A DNA stretch of 64,000 nucleotides from Vulcanimicrobiota bacterium (GCA_963812135.1 CAWETU010000001.1:1504001-1568000); one strand, 5' to 3'. Shown: positions 28,719 through 38,605, numbered from the stretch's first letter. Numbers and translations: made by a program. Notes: generated by a model not told the origin, from the sequence alone.

Positions 28719-29593
28719 GCGGCGGCGTCAGCCCCGCTATCCGACACGGCGAACGAGACGGGCACGTCGACCGTTGCCGGACCTCGCCGCACCGTCAACC
28801 GGAGTTCTCCATCGGCATCGGCAAGCGCATCGCTCAGATCGTCAGGCGCGAGCAGCGGCTTGCCGTCGAGCTGCACGATCGCGTCGCCTGGCAGCAATCC
28901 GCTGCGATGGGCTGCGCTGTCGGCGGCTACTTCAAAGACGAGCAGACCGAGCGCGGGAGCGCGTCCTGCGCCGACGTTCACCGGTTCCACCACGACACCG
29001 AGGCGCGGACGCGCGCGAGTGCCGCGCACGAACCGTTCGACGGCGTTGCTCGGGACCGCGACCGCGAGCCCGCCGTAGATCATGCTGTTGATGCCGATGA
29101 CTCGCCCGTGTGCGTCGGCGAGCGGACCGCCTGAGTTACCGGGGGCGATGCGCACGTCGGCCTGCAGCCAACGGACGCGCCTGCTTTGCGACGAGCCGGC
29201 CGCGAAGATGATGCCGCTGGTCACCGCGCCGACCAGACCAAGCGGATTGCCGACCGCGAGCACAAGCTGGCCCGGCCGCACGCGGTCTGAGTCCGCGATG
29301 GTGGCCGCCGGAAGGCCGGTTGCCGCCACGCGCAACGCAGCGACATCGCGTTCGTCATCTCGCGCAGTCAGCTCGGCGCGATGCTGGCTGCCGTCGCTGA
29401 ATTCCACGCTCAAGCGCTTGCCGCGAGCGACGTGTGCGTTGGTGATGATGAGTCCGTCAGCGCGCCAGATGACGCCCGACCCGCCGCCTGAGCGGTTCGT
29501 GTGCACCTGCACGGTGGTGCGACGCAGCGATTCTGCGAGTTCGGACGTGGCTGCGGCAGCGCCCGCGACGTGGCCGAGAACCATCGCGCTCAC
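28715..29593 (-). CDS. HtrA-like S1C serine protease with a PDZ domain
   Basis: GSGVIW, TNAHV, DVAAL, PGNSGGPL; C-terminal PDZ. Confidence 0.9.
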   Translation of the reverse strand: MSAMVLGHVAGAAAATSELAESLRRTTVQVHTNRSGGGSGVIWRADGLIITNAHVARGKRLSVEFSDGSQHRAELTARDDERDVAALRVAATGLPAATIADSDRVRPGQLVLAVGNPLGLVGAVTSGIIFAAGSSQSRRVRWLQADVRIAPGNSGGPLADAHGRVIGINSMIYGGLAVAVPSNAVERFVRGTRARPRLGVVVEPVNVGAGRAPALGLLVFEVAADSAAHRSGLLPGDAIVQLDGKPLLAPDDLSDALADADGELRLTVRRGPATVDVPVSFAVSDSGADAAA

Positions 29594-29594
29594 G

Positions 29595-30536
29595 TCAGTT
29601 CTCCTCTTCTTCCACGGCGCGCTCGCCAATCGTCACGACCGGTTCGGTGGCTTTGCCGCCGCGCACCACGCGCAGTTTTACTTGTGCACCGATGCGATCG
29701 CCGCCCAGCTGCGCGAGAATGTCGTCGGTGTCCTCGATCGTCGCTCCGTCAAAACCGATGATGATATCGCCGATGAACAGGCCTGCCTGCTCGGCCGGCC
29801 CGTTCGGCTCGATCGCCACGACGATCGCGCCCGAGTTCGCGTCCACGTTGGCGCTGCGGCGCAGCGCGTCGGACAAACGCACCGGCTGGAGTCCCACGCC
29901 GATGTACGCTCTGCCCGCGCGGCGTCCGCTGCTCAATTGATCGATGACGCGATCGACGGTCGCCTTCGGAATCGTGAGCTCGAAGCGGCGCGACAGCGCG
30001 GACGTGTTGATGCCGAGCACGCGTCCCGACACGTCGACCAACGGTCCGCCCGAAAACCCAGGGTAGAGGGTCAGATCGAGACTGATGAAGCGATCGATGT
30101 GGCCGCCGCGCCACGTGCGCCAGTGGCCGCTGACCGAGCTGATCACGCCGCTTGAGGCGCGCACGCCGTCTTCGGCATCGCGCGCGACGGCGAGCACGAA
30201 GTTCCCCGCCTTCAGCGCTTCGACGTCCGCGAACTGCGGCGCGGCGATCGCGGCCGACGAGTCGATCGTGAGGATCGCAAGGTCGGTATCGGGATCGCGC
30301 CCCGCGAGCGCAGCGGGCGCAGTGGTGCCGTCGGGCAACGTGATGCTGATGTCGTCGTCGCGGCGCACCGCGTGGTCGGCGGTCACGACAATGCCTGGCC
30401 GCCATAGCACGCCGCTCGAGCCGAGTCGATGGCGGGCGTGGACCGCGACGGTTGACGCGCCGGCGCGTTCGACCGCGTCAGCGAGGCCGTCGGACAGGCC
30501 GATCAATGGGTTTTCTTTTTCGGTGGTCGTGGACAT
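29595..30536 (-). CDS. HtrA-like S1C serine protease with a PDZ domain
   Basis: TADHAV, TDLAIL, PGFSGGPL; GPAEQAGL..GDII PDZ. Confidence 0.9.
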   Translation of the reverse strand: MSTTTEKENPLIGLSDGLADAVERAGASTVAVHARHRLGSSGVLWRPGIVVTADHAVRRDDDISITLPDGTTAPAALAGRDPDTDLAILTIDSSAAIAAPQFADVEALKAGNFVLAVARDAEDGVRASSGVISSVSGHWRTWRGGHIDRFISLDLTLYPGFSGGPLVDVSGRVLGINTSALSRRFELTIPKATVDRVIDQLSSGRRAGRAYIGVGLQPVRLSDALRRSANVDANSGAIVVAIEPNGPAEQAGLFIGDIIIGFDGATIEDTDDILAQLGGDRIGAQVKLRVVRGGKATEPVVTIGERAVEEEEN

Positions 30537-30645
30537 GAAATGCTTTCTCCGCTGGCGCGTCGCGGGGCTGATGCCCCGTCGATCATCACCAAGTATGACG
30601 CCGTGCGGAGAGGTCCGCTACCGGAAGAACTGCTAGGTCGCGCTG

Positions 30646-31014
30646 TTACGCCGCCGGGGTGCGTTCGCTCTTGCGGCGCTCTTCGCGCGCCGAGAGCAGC
30701 GCGACGGAATTGCGCGTCGCCCAATCATGCAGCTGATCCAGGATCGGCAGCAGATCGCGCCCGAGGTCGGTCAGCGAATACTCGACGCGCGGCGGGATCT
30801 CGGCGTGGACGCGTCGTGAGACGAGACCGTCGCCCTCGAGATCGCGCAGCTGTCTGGTCAGCACTTTTGGCGTGATGCCTTCAAGTGCGCGTTGCAATTC
30901 GCCGAAGCGCATCGTGCGCTGTCCAAGATGGAAAAGCACGATGACTTTCCACTTGTCCGCGATCATCGCCATCGTGCGTTGGATCGGACACGAGAGCTTC
31001 GTTTCGTACGTCAT
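30646..31014 (-). CDS. HxlR family winged-helix transcriptional regulator
   Basis: CPI..KWK..RFGEL..ITPKVLTRQLRDLE..PPRVEYSLT. Confidence 0.92.
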   Translation of the reverse strand: MTYETKLSCPIQRTMAMIADKWKVIVLFHLGQRTMRFGELQRALEGITPKVLTRQLRDLEGDGLVSRRVHAEIPPRVEYSLTDLGRDLLPILDQLHDWATRNSVALLSAREERRKSERTPAA

Positions 31015-31094
31015 GGCCCTACCTCGCTATCTTAGCGGGTATTGTTTGACAATAAAGACACTGCTTTCCTTTCGCCCCTAAAGGGTATATAGTA

Positions 31095-31173
31095 GGCTGG
31101 CTGGCGAGCGAAGCGCCGCCCAGCCATAGCCCCGCGAGGGCCCGGAAACGGGCCTCCAAGCCCTGAGAAAGGC
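31095..31173 (+). promoter_or_regulatory. Structured 5' leader with four consecutive hairpins
   Basis: GGCTGG..CCAGCC, CCC-GCGA-GGG, GCCCG-GAAA-CGGGC and GCCCT-GAGA-AAGGC just before the ATG at 31184. Confidence 0.45.
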
Positions 31174-31183
31174 CTCTCCCGAT

Positions 31184-31618
31184 ATGGACCTCACCAAGAC
31201 CTACCCACGCAGCCCGAAGGCCAAATTAGCGGGTGTCGTCATGCTTGCCCGCACCACCGACAAGGCGCGCGCCAGCAACGCCGGAACCGTCGGCCCCTAC
31301 CACTTCGGCTGCGGCATGGACCGCCACGTCCTGGCGTTCGTCGGCTCCGATCCGGAGTCGTTCGCCAAGACGGTCGCCGCACTGGACGACGATGCGTCGA
31401 TCGAAGGATGGGCGCGCAAACTGCTGGCGAGCAAGACCGCTGCTGAGATCGAAGCGTTCAACACGGATTTCGCGCAGGACGGTCCAGAGCCCGGATCCGA
31501 CGCCGAGAAGTTCTTCGACGCCGAGAAACAACGCCTCGGACGCGATGACGTCACGGCGTGGTTCGAAGTGCTCGACCTCGACGAGGGTCGCGACGTGCCC
31601 CGGCGCGTCACAGTCTAA
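31184..31618 (+). CDS. DUF5069-like protein
   Basis: MDLTKTYPRSP..LARTTDKARA..YHFGCGMD..LDLDEGR resembles this family. Confidence 0.75.
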   Translation: MDLTKTYPRSPKAKLAGVVMLARTTDKARASNAGTVGPYHFGCGMDRHVLAFVGSDPESFAKTVAALDDDASIEGWARKLLASKTAAEIEAFNTDFAQDGPEPGSDAEKFFDAEKQRLGRDDVTAWFEVLDLDEGRDVPRRVTV

Positions 31619-31650
31619 CCCTGGCCCTGCGGCTTACTCTCGAAGAATCG

Positions 31651-31685
31651 GCGAGAAGAGCAGGCGCTATGCCTGTTCTTCTCGC
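31651..31685. terminator. 15-bp hairpin between convergent genes
   Basis: GCGAGAAGAGCAGGC-GCTAT-GCCTGTTCTTCTCGC. Confidence 0.55.
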
Positions 31686-31697
31686 TTAGGTCTCTCT

Positions 31698-32195
31698 CTA
31701 GTAACCCCATCTCTTCAAGAGTTTCTCGGCCTGATCCAATGAGAGATCGCGTTCGCTCGATCCGAAATAGTCGATATTCAATCGATTGAGAGGATAGCCA
31801 CTCACGTGGGAGATCTCATACGTAAGGCTAACGCTCTCGTGGAATGTTCCGTCGACTGTAGTGACCAGATTTGGTCCATCAAAGATCTCTTGTTCGCCTA
31901 TCCACACGAGACCGGTGGTGCTTTTCTTAAAGGCGATCGTGCGACAGCTCTTTGCGCAAATATGAAGCATCGCGTCATAACCGTCGTTAGGCTTTGTCTC
32001 GAGACAGACTTTTGCAGTTGTTGGGATCGATGTAAATCCGTACTTGATACGATCGAAATGGGATGCGGCTTTCAATAGCGCATTCACACGGCTATCGTCC
32101 ATCGAAACCCGCTCTGGAAGTAAGCCACATCCGCTTGTTGCGAGGCAAACAAGGATGCATTGCATCAGGCATCGCGCACGTTGGCTAAGAGTCAC
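31698..32195 (-). CDS. Hypothetical lipoprotein (AT-richer gene; start uncertain)
   Basis: Lipobox-like LATSGC; codon usage visibly differs from the neighbours. Confidence 0.55.
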   Translation of the reverse strand: MTLSQRARCLMQCILVCLATSGCGLLPERVSMDDSRVNALLKAASHFDRIKYGFTSIPTTAKVCLETKPNDGYDAMLHICAKSCRTIAFKKSTTGLVWIGEQEIFDGPNLVTTVDGTFHESVSLTYEISHVSGYPLNRLNIDYFGSSERDLSLDQAEKLLKRWGY

Positions 32196-32264
32196 AAAAA
32201 AGGCCTTTCGCTTTGCCACGCAAAGTGACCCTGCAAAAAAAAGAGGTTTACTTGCCAAAGAGCG

Positions 32265-33818
32265 CTAGAAGTTGGTCTGCAGGCCGAAGGTCGGCGTCGG
32301 CGTCTGCGAGTTCGGGCCGAACAGATTGCGCTCGCCATAGAATATCTGCACGCGGCGCGCGAGCCGGACGTCGCCGTAAAGATCGAGCGTTGGGTTCTTC
32401 GAGTTGTACAACCGCACGTCGACGCCCAGCGGGCCGGGCTGATAGACCGCCTTCACGCCGAGGTTCGAGTACAACACGCCGCCCGAGAGCGTCAGCCCCG
32501 GCGCGAGCCGCCGGTTGAGCAACACGTTGTACGTGGCGCTATAGCCGAGCGAGTTCGCTCCGAGCGTGAGGTTCGTCGGCCCACGCGGCAGGAACGTGAA
32601 GTTCAAGTCGCTGGTCGGGCCGCCGTTGAACTTGTTCATCCAATACAGGCGCAGCTGCGGTTCGACAAGTTCCAAGCTGCGAAGGGAGTTCTGTGGGCGC
32701 GGCGTGGCATTCGAGGGCGCGGGCGGCACCACGCTGTTCGGCGGCGCGTTTGGCGTCACGCCGTTGGGCGGTGGCGTCCCCGGGTGCGTCGCGCCTGGCG
32801 GCGGCGCGGTGGCCGACGAGAAGTTCCCCAAGATGTCATTCGCCTTGGCGGTGACCTGGTCGAGGTTGCTGATCGTGCCGCGCAATTGTGCCTGCACGCT
32901 CGGGTCGCTCGTCAGCGATTGCAGGTCAGTAGCGGCCGAACGCAGCTTGTCGCTCGCATCCTTGAAGTTGATGGCCGTCTGCACGAGGCTCGCTTTGATC
33001 GTCGGATCGCCGGTGAGCGACGCGAAGTTGGCCATCGTGGTGTTCAGGTTCTTGGCCGTGTCGGAGAGCGCGTCGACGAGCTGCTGGATGCGCTGCGAGT
33101 TGTTGCCCACCAGCGAGTTGAGGTTGCCGGTCAGCTCGACGATGTTGCTGCCGCTCAGCTTGATCACGCGATTGAGCTCCGCGATCGTCGTGTTCATCGA
33201 CGCGGAGAACGCCGTGAAATTCGTGTCCGCGCTGGTGATCAGGTGGTCGGTGTGCGCAGCGACGTTGTCGAAGCGCTTGGCGATAAGCGGCAGCTCGACA
33301 TTGATCACCGCGATGGTCTTCTCGAGGCTCTTCAACTGCGTCTGGCTCTCGCTCACCAGGTCGCCGATCGTGGGGGGCAGCACGCCCCAGGGCGCGTCGT
33401 TCGGGTCTCCCGGCACGCCGGCTGGCAGCGGCGTCGAGTGCGCGATATCCAGCGGCGGCTTGATGTTCAGGGTCGATTGACCCGTGATGGTGCTCGAGAC
33501 GATGAACTGCGACTCGCGATAAACGCGCGTGCCTTTGTTGATCACCGCCACGGCGAGCACGGTCTGATCGGGCAACAGCCGGATCTGCTGCACGTCGCCG
33601 ACGGCGACGCCCGAGACCAGCACCGACGCGCCCTCCTGCAGTCCGCCGACGTCCTTGAAATGGATGGCGATGGGATAGCCGCGCGCGCGCAGGCCGATGT
33701 CGCTCACATAGATGACGACGATCGCCGCTGACGCGAGCGCGAGCAGCGTGAAGATGCCCACGCGGACCTGTTGCGCGGTCGGGCTTGCGCCGCGTTGCTT
33801 ATAGCGGGATCGGACCAA
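32265..33818 (-). CDS. MlaD/Mce family protein with a long helical region and a C-terminal beta-strand domain (start uncertain)
   Basis: VRVGIFTL TM; FKDVGGLQEGASVLVSGVAVGDV MCE motif. Confidence 0.85.
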   Translation of the reverse strand: MVRSRYKQRGASPTAQQVRVGIFTLLALASAAIVVIYVSDIGLRARGYPIAIHFKDVGGLQEGASVLVSGVAVGDVQQIRLLPDQTVLAVAVINKGTRVYRESQFIVSSTITGQSTLNIKPPLDIAHSTPLPAGVPGDPNDAPWGVLPPTIGDLVSESQTQLKSLEKTIAVINVELPLIAKRFDNVAAHTDHLITSADTNFTAFSASMNTTIAELNRVIKLSGSNIVELTGNLNSLVGNNSQRIQQLVDALSDTAKNLNTTMANFASLTGDPTIKASLVQTAINFKDASDKLRSAATDLQSLTSDPSVQAQLRGTISNLDQVTAKANDILGNFSSATAPPPGATHPGTPPPNGVTPNAPPNSVVPPAPSNATPRPQNSLRSLELVEPQLRLYWMNKFNGGPTSDLNFTFLPRGPTNLTLGANSLGYSATYNVLLNRRLAPGLTLSGGVLYSNLGVKAVYQPGPLGVDVRLYNSKNPTLDLYGDVRLARRVQIFYGERNLFGPNSQTPTPTFGLQTNF

Positions 33819-34593
33819 GTTCGCTTCCTTGGAGGAACTGCTGGACGATCGGGTTCGGCGAGCGCCGGATCTCGTTCACCGTCCCCGACTCGATGATCGT
33901 GCCCTCGAACAGCATCGCCACGCGGTCCGACAGGGCGTAGATCGATCGCAGGTCGTGCGAAACGACCACGGACGTCGCCTTGAGGCGTTCCTGGATGCTC
34001 TTGATGCTGGTCACGATGATGTGCGTCATGATCGGATCGAGCCCCGAGGTCGGTTCGTCGAACAGGATGATTTCCGGGTCATTCACGATTGCGCGCGCGA
34101 ACCCCGCCCGCTTCTGCATGCCGCCGGAGAGCTCGCCGGGCAGCCGGTCTTCGACGTCGGAAAGCCCCAGGGCTTCGAGGGTATCGTGGACGCGCTGGTC
34201 GATCTCCGCCTTTTTCATCTGCGTGTGCTCCCACAGCGGATAGGCGACGTTTTCAGCGACCGTCATGGAGTCGAACAGGGCCGAGTACTGGAACGCGAAG
34301 CCCATCTTCTTGCGCATTTCGATGAGCTCTCGTTCGCTCCAGCCGGTGATGTTGTCGCCGTTGATGTACACGGCGCCGGCGTCCGCATGGCGCAGCCCGT
34401 TGATGACGCGCAAAATGGTCGACTTGCCGGCGCCGGACAGCCCGATGATGCCGGTGATCGCGCCGCGCTGGCAGTCCACCGAACAGTCCGACAAAACGAT
34501 CTTCTCGTCGTATTTGAGCGCGACGCGATCCAGCCGGATCGCGACATCTTCATCCGGCCGCGGGGGTCCGAGCGTCTCGGTGAGGTCGGTCAA
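33799..34593 (-). CDS. mlaF: MlaF/Mkl-type ABC transporter ATP-binding protein
   Basis: GLSGAGKS, FQYSALFDSM, LSGGMQKR, DEPTSGLDP, PIVQQF. Confidence 0.9.
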   Translation of the reverse strand: MTDLTETLGPPRPDEDVAIRLDRVALKYDEKIVLSDCSVDCQRGAITGIIGLSGAGKSTILRVINGLRHADAGAVYINGDNITGWSERELIEMRKKMGFAFQYSALFDSMTVAENVAYPLWEHTQMKKAEIDQRVHDTLEALGLSDVEDRLPGELSGGMQKRAGFARAIVNDPEIILFDEPTSGLDPIMTHIIVTSIKSIQERLKATSVVVSHDLRSIYALSDRVAMLFEGTIIESGTVNEIRRSPNPIVQQFLQGSELGPIPL

Positions 34594-35354
34594 TGGAAGA
34601 GCACGTACGACAGGCCGAAGTTGAACGCGAAGATGAGAATGATCGCCGTGACCACCGCATTGGTGGTCGCGCGGCCGACGCCGTCAGCGCCGCCCTCGGT
34701 GCGAAAGCCTTCGTAACATGCGATGATCGAGGTGATCGCGCCGAACACCGCTGCCTTGATGAGGCCGTTGTAGAAATCGCTCGGCTGCGTGCCCTGCTGC
34801 ACGGAGTGGAAGTACGTGTATTGCGTGATGCCGGCCTCGAGGTGCGCCATGAGATAGCCGCCGCCGATACCGACGACATCGGCGAACACCGTGAGCAGCG
34901 GCACCGTGAGGATGCACGCGAGCAGCCGCGGCGTGACGAGCACTTTCACCGGGCTGACACCCATCGATTGGAACGCTTCGATCTGTTCGGTGACCTTCAT
35001 CGCGCCGAGCGACGCGGCGATCGCTGCGCCGGCCCGGCCGGCGAACACGATGCCGGTGAGCAGCGGCCCGAGTTCGCGGAACGTGCCGTATGCCACGCTG
35101 CTGCCGACGTATTCGGTCAAACCGTTCGCGACGGCGGCCTTGGCGGTCTCGAGCGAGATGACCATGCCCGTGAACAGCGACGTCAGGACGATGATCGGCC
35201 ACGACTCGACGCCCAAGAAGTAGGCCTGGCGCAGCACTTCGGTCGGCCTGACCTGCAGCGTTAACACGTAGCGCAACGCGTCGCCGAGCATGATGATGAC
35301 GCCGCCGGCATATCCGAAGAAGCGCGTGAACGGATTGGCGGCGACGTTCTGCAT
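34590..35354 (-). CDS. mlaE: MlaE-type ABC transporter permease
   Basis: RELGPLL..AGRAGA..MKVTEQIEA..GVGRATT. Confidence 0.92.
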   Translation of the reverse strand: MQNVAANPFTRFFGYAGGVIIMLGDALRYVLTLQVRPTEVLRQAYFLGVESWPIIVLTSLFTGMVISLETAKAAVANGLTEYVGSSVAYGTFRELGPLLTGIVFAGRAGAAIAASLGAMKVTEQIEAFQSMGVSPVKVLVTPRLLACILTVPLLTVFADVVGIGGGYLMAHLEAGITQYTYFHSVQQGTQPSDFYNGLIKAAVFGAITSIIACYEGFRTEGGADGVGRATTNAVVTAIILIFAFNFGLSYVLFH

Positions 35355-35674
35355 CAGGACTCCTGACGGTGCGCCGTCGCGTCGAGCGCGTCGAGCACAC
35401 GACGCGCGCCGTCACGGCGGCGCTCCGCCACGCTGCGTTCGGCGTGCAGATTGTATTGGCGCTGGTAGAGATCGTCGAGCTTGCGGTCGATCTCGGCCAG
35501 ATGCTGCTCCGATTCGGCGGCCATGTCGCCGAAATATTTGGCCGCCGCCCGCAACAACGCCTCGACGTTCGCCGGGCCGCCGTCGCGGCGGATCCCATCG
35601 CGCGCCCGCACAAGCCCGCGGTCGGTGATATGAAATGCGTCGATCAGCGCAAGCAGGCCGTCGAGCTCGCTCAC
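35354..35674 (-). CDS. Hypothetical coiled-coil protein
   Basis: Overlaps rph and mlaE at both ends; heptad-rich C-terminal half. Confidence 0.7.
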   Translation of the reverse strand: MSELDGLLALIDAFHITDRGLVRARDGIRRDGGPANVEALLRAAAKYFGDMAAESEQHLAEIDRKLDDLYQRQYNLHAERSVAERRRDGARRVLDALDATAHRQES

Positions 35675-36438
35675 GCCGGCGCCTTCGCGGTCTTGCCGAA
35701 CGCGGGCACGTCGAACGCGGCGAGCGCCGCCTTCTGCTGTTCGACCAGCTCAACGACGCCCTTGCCCGCCAACGCCAGAAGCCGGTCCAGCTCGGTGCGG
35801 GCGAACGGCATGCCCTCGCCCGTGCCCTGGACCTCGACGTATCGGCCATCGCCGGTCATGGCGACGTTCATGTCGACCTGGGCGCGCGCATCTTCTTCAT
35901 AGTTTAGATCGAGCATGGCGCGCCCGTCCACCAATCCGACGGACGTCGCCGCCAGCCAATCGGTCAAGGGCCAGCCGCGCAGCTTATTCGCACCGCGCAA
36001 ATGGAGCAGCGCTAAGACCAGCGAGATGAACGCGCCAGTGATCGACGCGGTGCGCGTGCCGCCGTCCGCCTCGAGCACGTCGCAGTCCAGCAGGATGGTG
36101 CGCTCGCCCAAGCCGCGCAGATCGACGACCGATCGCAGGCTGCGCCCGATGATGCGTTGGATCTCGTGCGTCCGGCCGCCCAAACGTCCTTTGACCGCCT
36201 CGCGCTGCGTGCGCTCCGCCGTAGAACGCGGCAGCAGCGCGTACTCGGCGGTGACCCAACCGGTCCCTTGACCCTTGAGGAACAGCGGTGCTCGGTCTTC
36301 GACCGTCGCCGCGCAGAGCACGCGCGTGTTGCCGATCTCGATGAGCGCAGAGCCTTCGGCGAAATGCAGATAGTTCGGCGTGACCTTAAAAGGCCTCGCC
36401 TGATCGTCTGCCCGGCCGTCGGTTATATGCGCTGTCAC
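35671..36438 (-). CDS. rph: Ribonuclease PH (start uncertain)
   Basis: [52 protein letters not shown]. Confidence 0.95.
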   Translation of the reverse strand: MTAHITDGRADDQARPFKVTPNYLHFAEGSALIEIGNTRVLCAATVEDRAPLFLKGQGTGWVTAEYALLPRSTAERTQREAVKGRLGGRTHEIQRIIGRSLRSVVDLRGLGERTILLDCDVLEADGGTRTASITGAFISLVLALLHLRGANKLRGWPLTDWLAATSVGLVDGRAMLDLNYEEDARAQVDMNVAMTGDGRYVEVQGTGEGMPFARTELDRLLALAGKGVVELVEQQKAALAAFDVPAFGKTAKAPA

Positions 36439-36742
36439 CAAGCTCGTCGAATGCGCGCGCCCGTTCGTACAACGCAGCGACGTCGTCGCTTTGCAGGGAC
36501 AGGGCACCCGTCAAGTCGTCGCGCGCTCCGCCAGGATCGTGCAATGCATCCAGTTTCAGAACGCCTCGGCGCGTCAGCGCTTCGGACGACAGCGGGTTCA
36601 GGAGCAACGCCCAGTTGTACAGACGGAGGGCGTCAGCAGGCTGCTTGTCCAAAGCGGCAGCCTCAGCCCGACCCACGAGCCAGCCACTCGCGATTGCGGC
36701 GCTGGTCCCAAGCGCGAGAACAAACGCGGCACTAAGAACCAC
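36386..36742 (-). CDS. Short membrane-anchored TPR protein, possibly truncated
   Basis: TM segment, then [21 protein letters not shown] pattern; 3' end overlaps rph. Confidence 0.55.
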   Translation of the reverse strand: MVLSAAFVLALGTSAAIASGWLVGRAEAAALDKQPADALRLYNWALLLNPLSSEALTRRGVLKLDALHDPGGARDDLTGALSLQSDDVAALYERARAFDELGDSAYNRRPGRRSGEAF

Positions 36743-36775
36743 GCGTGTCCATGCAACCCCGCGCGACCACGCAGG

Positions 36776-38605
36776 CTACTCGACGGTGACGGTCTTGGCG
36801 AGATTGCGCGGCTGGTCCACGTCGCAGCCCTTACGATCTGCGATGTGGTAGGCCAACAATTGGAGCGGCACGACGTTGACGATCGGGGCGATCAGATGAT
36901 GGGTGGCAGGCACGCGCAAGATGACGTCGGCGACTTCGAGCACCGCATCGTCGCCCGGGTTGGCGATCGCGATGACGCGGCTCTCTCGCGCCTTGGCCTC
37001 GGAGAGATTGCTCAGTATCTTCTCCTCCACCGGGCCTCGCGTCGCGATGCCGACGACCGGCACGGCTTCGTCCAGCAGCGCGATGGGACCGTGCTTCATC
37101 TCCCCCGCGGCATAGCCCTCAGCGTGGATATACGAGATCTCTTTGAGTTTGAGGGCGCCTTCGAGCGCAATCGGATAGTTGACGTGGCGTCCGAGGAACA
37201 ACACGGTCTTCGACTTCGCATAGCGGCGCGCGACGGGGATGATCTCCTCGTCGCTGTTGAGCGCCTGATCGACCAGCGCCGGCACGCCGCGCAGGGCCTC
37301 GACGACCTCGCGCGCTTCACCGGGCGTCATCGTGCCGCGCGCTTGCGCCAGTCGCAGCGCAAACAGCGCGACGGCCGCGCATTGCGCGGTGAAGGTCTTG
37401 GTCGCCGCGACCCCGATCTCGGGGCCTGCGTGGGTGTATAAAGTGGCGTCCGCGCGGCGCGAGAGCGCCGAGCCGACCCGATTGCAGATGGCGAGCAGCG
37501 TGGCGCCACCGGCTTTTGCCACCTTGGCCGCCTCGAGCACGTCGGCGGTCTCGCCGCTCTGCGAGATCGCGACGGCAAGCGTGTCCTCGTCCACGACCGG
37601 CTGCGAGTAACGGAACTCAGATGCCAGCTCCAGCTCCACCGGCAATCGGCCGAGCTGGCGGATGAGGTACATGCCGTACATCGCCGCGTAGTACGCCGAA
37701 CCGCACGCGAACATCGAGATCTTCCCGGCCTTGCGCAGCAGCTCGTCGGACAGGTCGGCGTCGGAGAGATCGATGCGCCCGTCGTCTCGGATCCGGCCGG
37801 CGAGCGTATCGCGCACCGCTTTGGGCTGCTCGTAGATCTCCTTGAGCATGAAATGCTTGAAGCCGCCTTTTTCGGCGGCGTGCACGTCCCACGAGATGCG
37901 GGTCACTTCGCGTTCGACCGGCTCGCCGGCAAACGTCGAGATCTCCGCGCCGTCACGCGTGACGACGACGACCTCGCCCTCATGGATCACCAGCTGCTTG
38001 CGGGTGTACTCCATGATGGCGGGCGTGTCCGAGGCGACGAACGTCTCGCCCTCGCCAAGTCCGACGACGAGCGGCGACGCGCCGTTGCGCGCGAACACGA
38101 TCTCATCGGGAGATTCGGACGAGAGGACGCCGAGCGCGTACGCGCCATGCACCTCACCGAGGACGGAGCGGACCGCTGCAGCTAGGTCACCTTTGTATCG
38201 CTCTTCGATGAGATGCGCGACGACCTCGGTGTCGGTGTCGCTCGCGAACGTGTGACCGCGTTCGATGAGCGCCGCCCGCAGCGGCGCGTAGTTCTCGATG
38301 ATGCCGTTGTGGATCACCGCGATGCGTCCGCTGCAATCCAGATGCGGATGCGCGTTGCTGTCGCTCGGCCGGCCGTGCGTGGCCCAACGCGTGTGACCGA
38401 TCCCGACGGAACCTTTGAGCGGGTGTTGCTTGAGCGCTTCTTCGAGATTCGCGAGTTTGCCGACGCGCTTCTCGCCGACGACGGCACCGTCATCGACCAC
38501 CGCGACGCCGGCCGAATCATAGCCGCGGTACTCGAGCCGCCGCAAGCCGTCCATCAGCACGCCGACGACGTTGCGCGGGCCGATATAGCCGACGATGCCG
38601 CACAT
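36776..38605 (-). CDS. glmS: Glutamine--fructose-6-phosphate transaminase
   Basis: MCGIVG, EYRGYDSAG, GHTRWATHG, SQSGETAD, PRNLAKTVTVE. Confidence 0.98.
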   Translation of the reverse strand: MCGIVGYIGPRNVVGVLMDGLRRLEYRGYDSAGVAVVDDGAVVGEKRVGKLANLEEALKQHPLKGSVGIGHTRWATHGRPSDSNAHPHLDCSGRIAVIHNGIIENYAPLRAALIERGHTFASDTDTEVVAHLIEERYKGDLAAAVRSVLGEVHGAYALGVLSSESPDEIVFARNGASPLVVGLGEGETFVASDTPAIMEYTRKQLVIHEGEVVVVTRDGAEISTFAGEPVEREVTRISWDVHAAEKGGFKHFMLKEIYEQPKAVRDTLAGRIRDDGRIDLSDADLSDELLRKAGKISMFACGSAYYAAMYGMYLIRQLGRLPVELELASEFRYSQPVVDEDTLAVAISQSGETADVLEAAKVAKAGGATLLAICNRVGSALSRRADATLYTHAGPEIGVAATKTFTAQCAAVALFALRLAQARGTMTPGEAREVVEALRGVPALVDQALNSDEEIIPVARRYAKSKTVLFLGRHVNYPIALEGALKLKEISYIHAEGYAAGEMKHGPIALLDEAVPVVGIATRGPVEEKILSNLSEAKARESRVIAIANPGDDAVLEVADVILRVPATHHLIAPIVNVVPLQLLAYHIADRKGCDVDQPRNLAKTVTVE

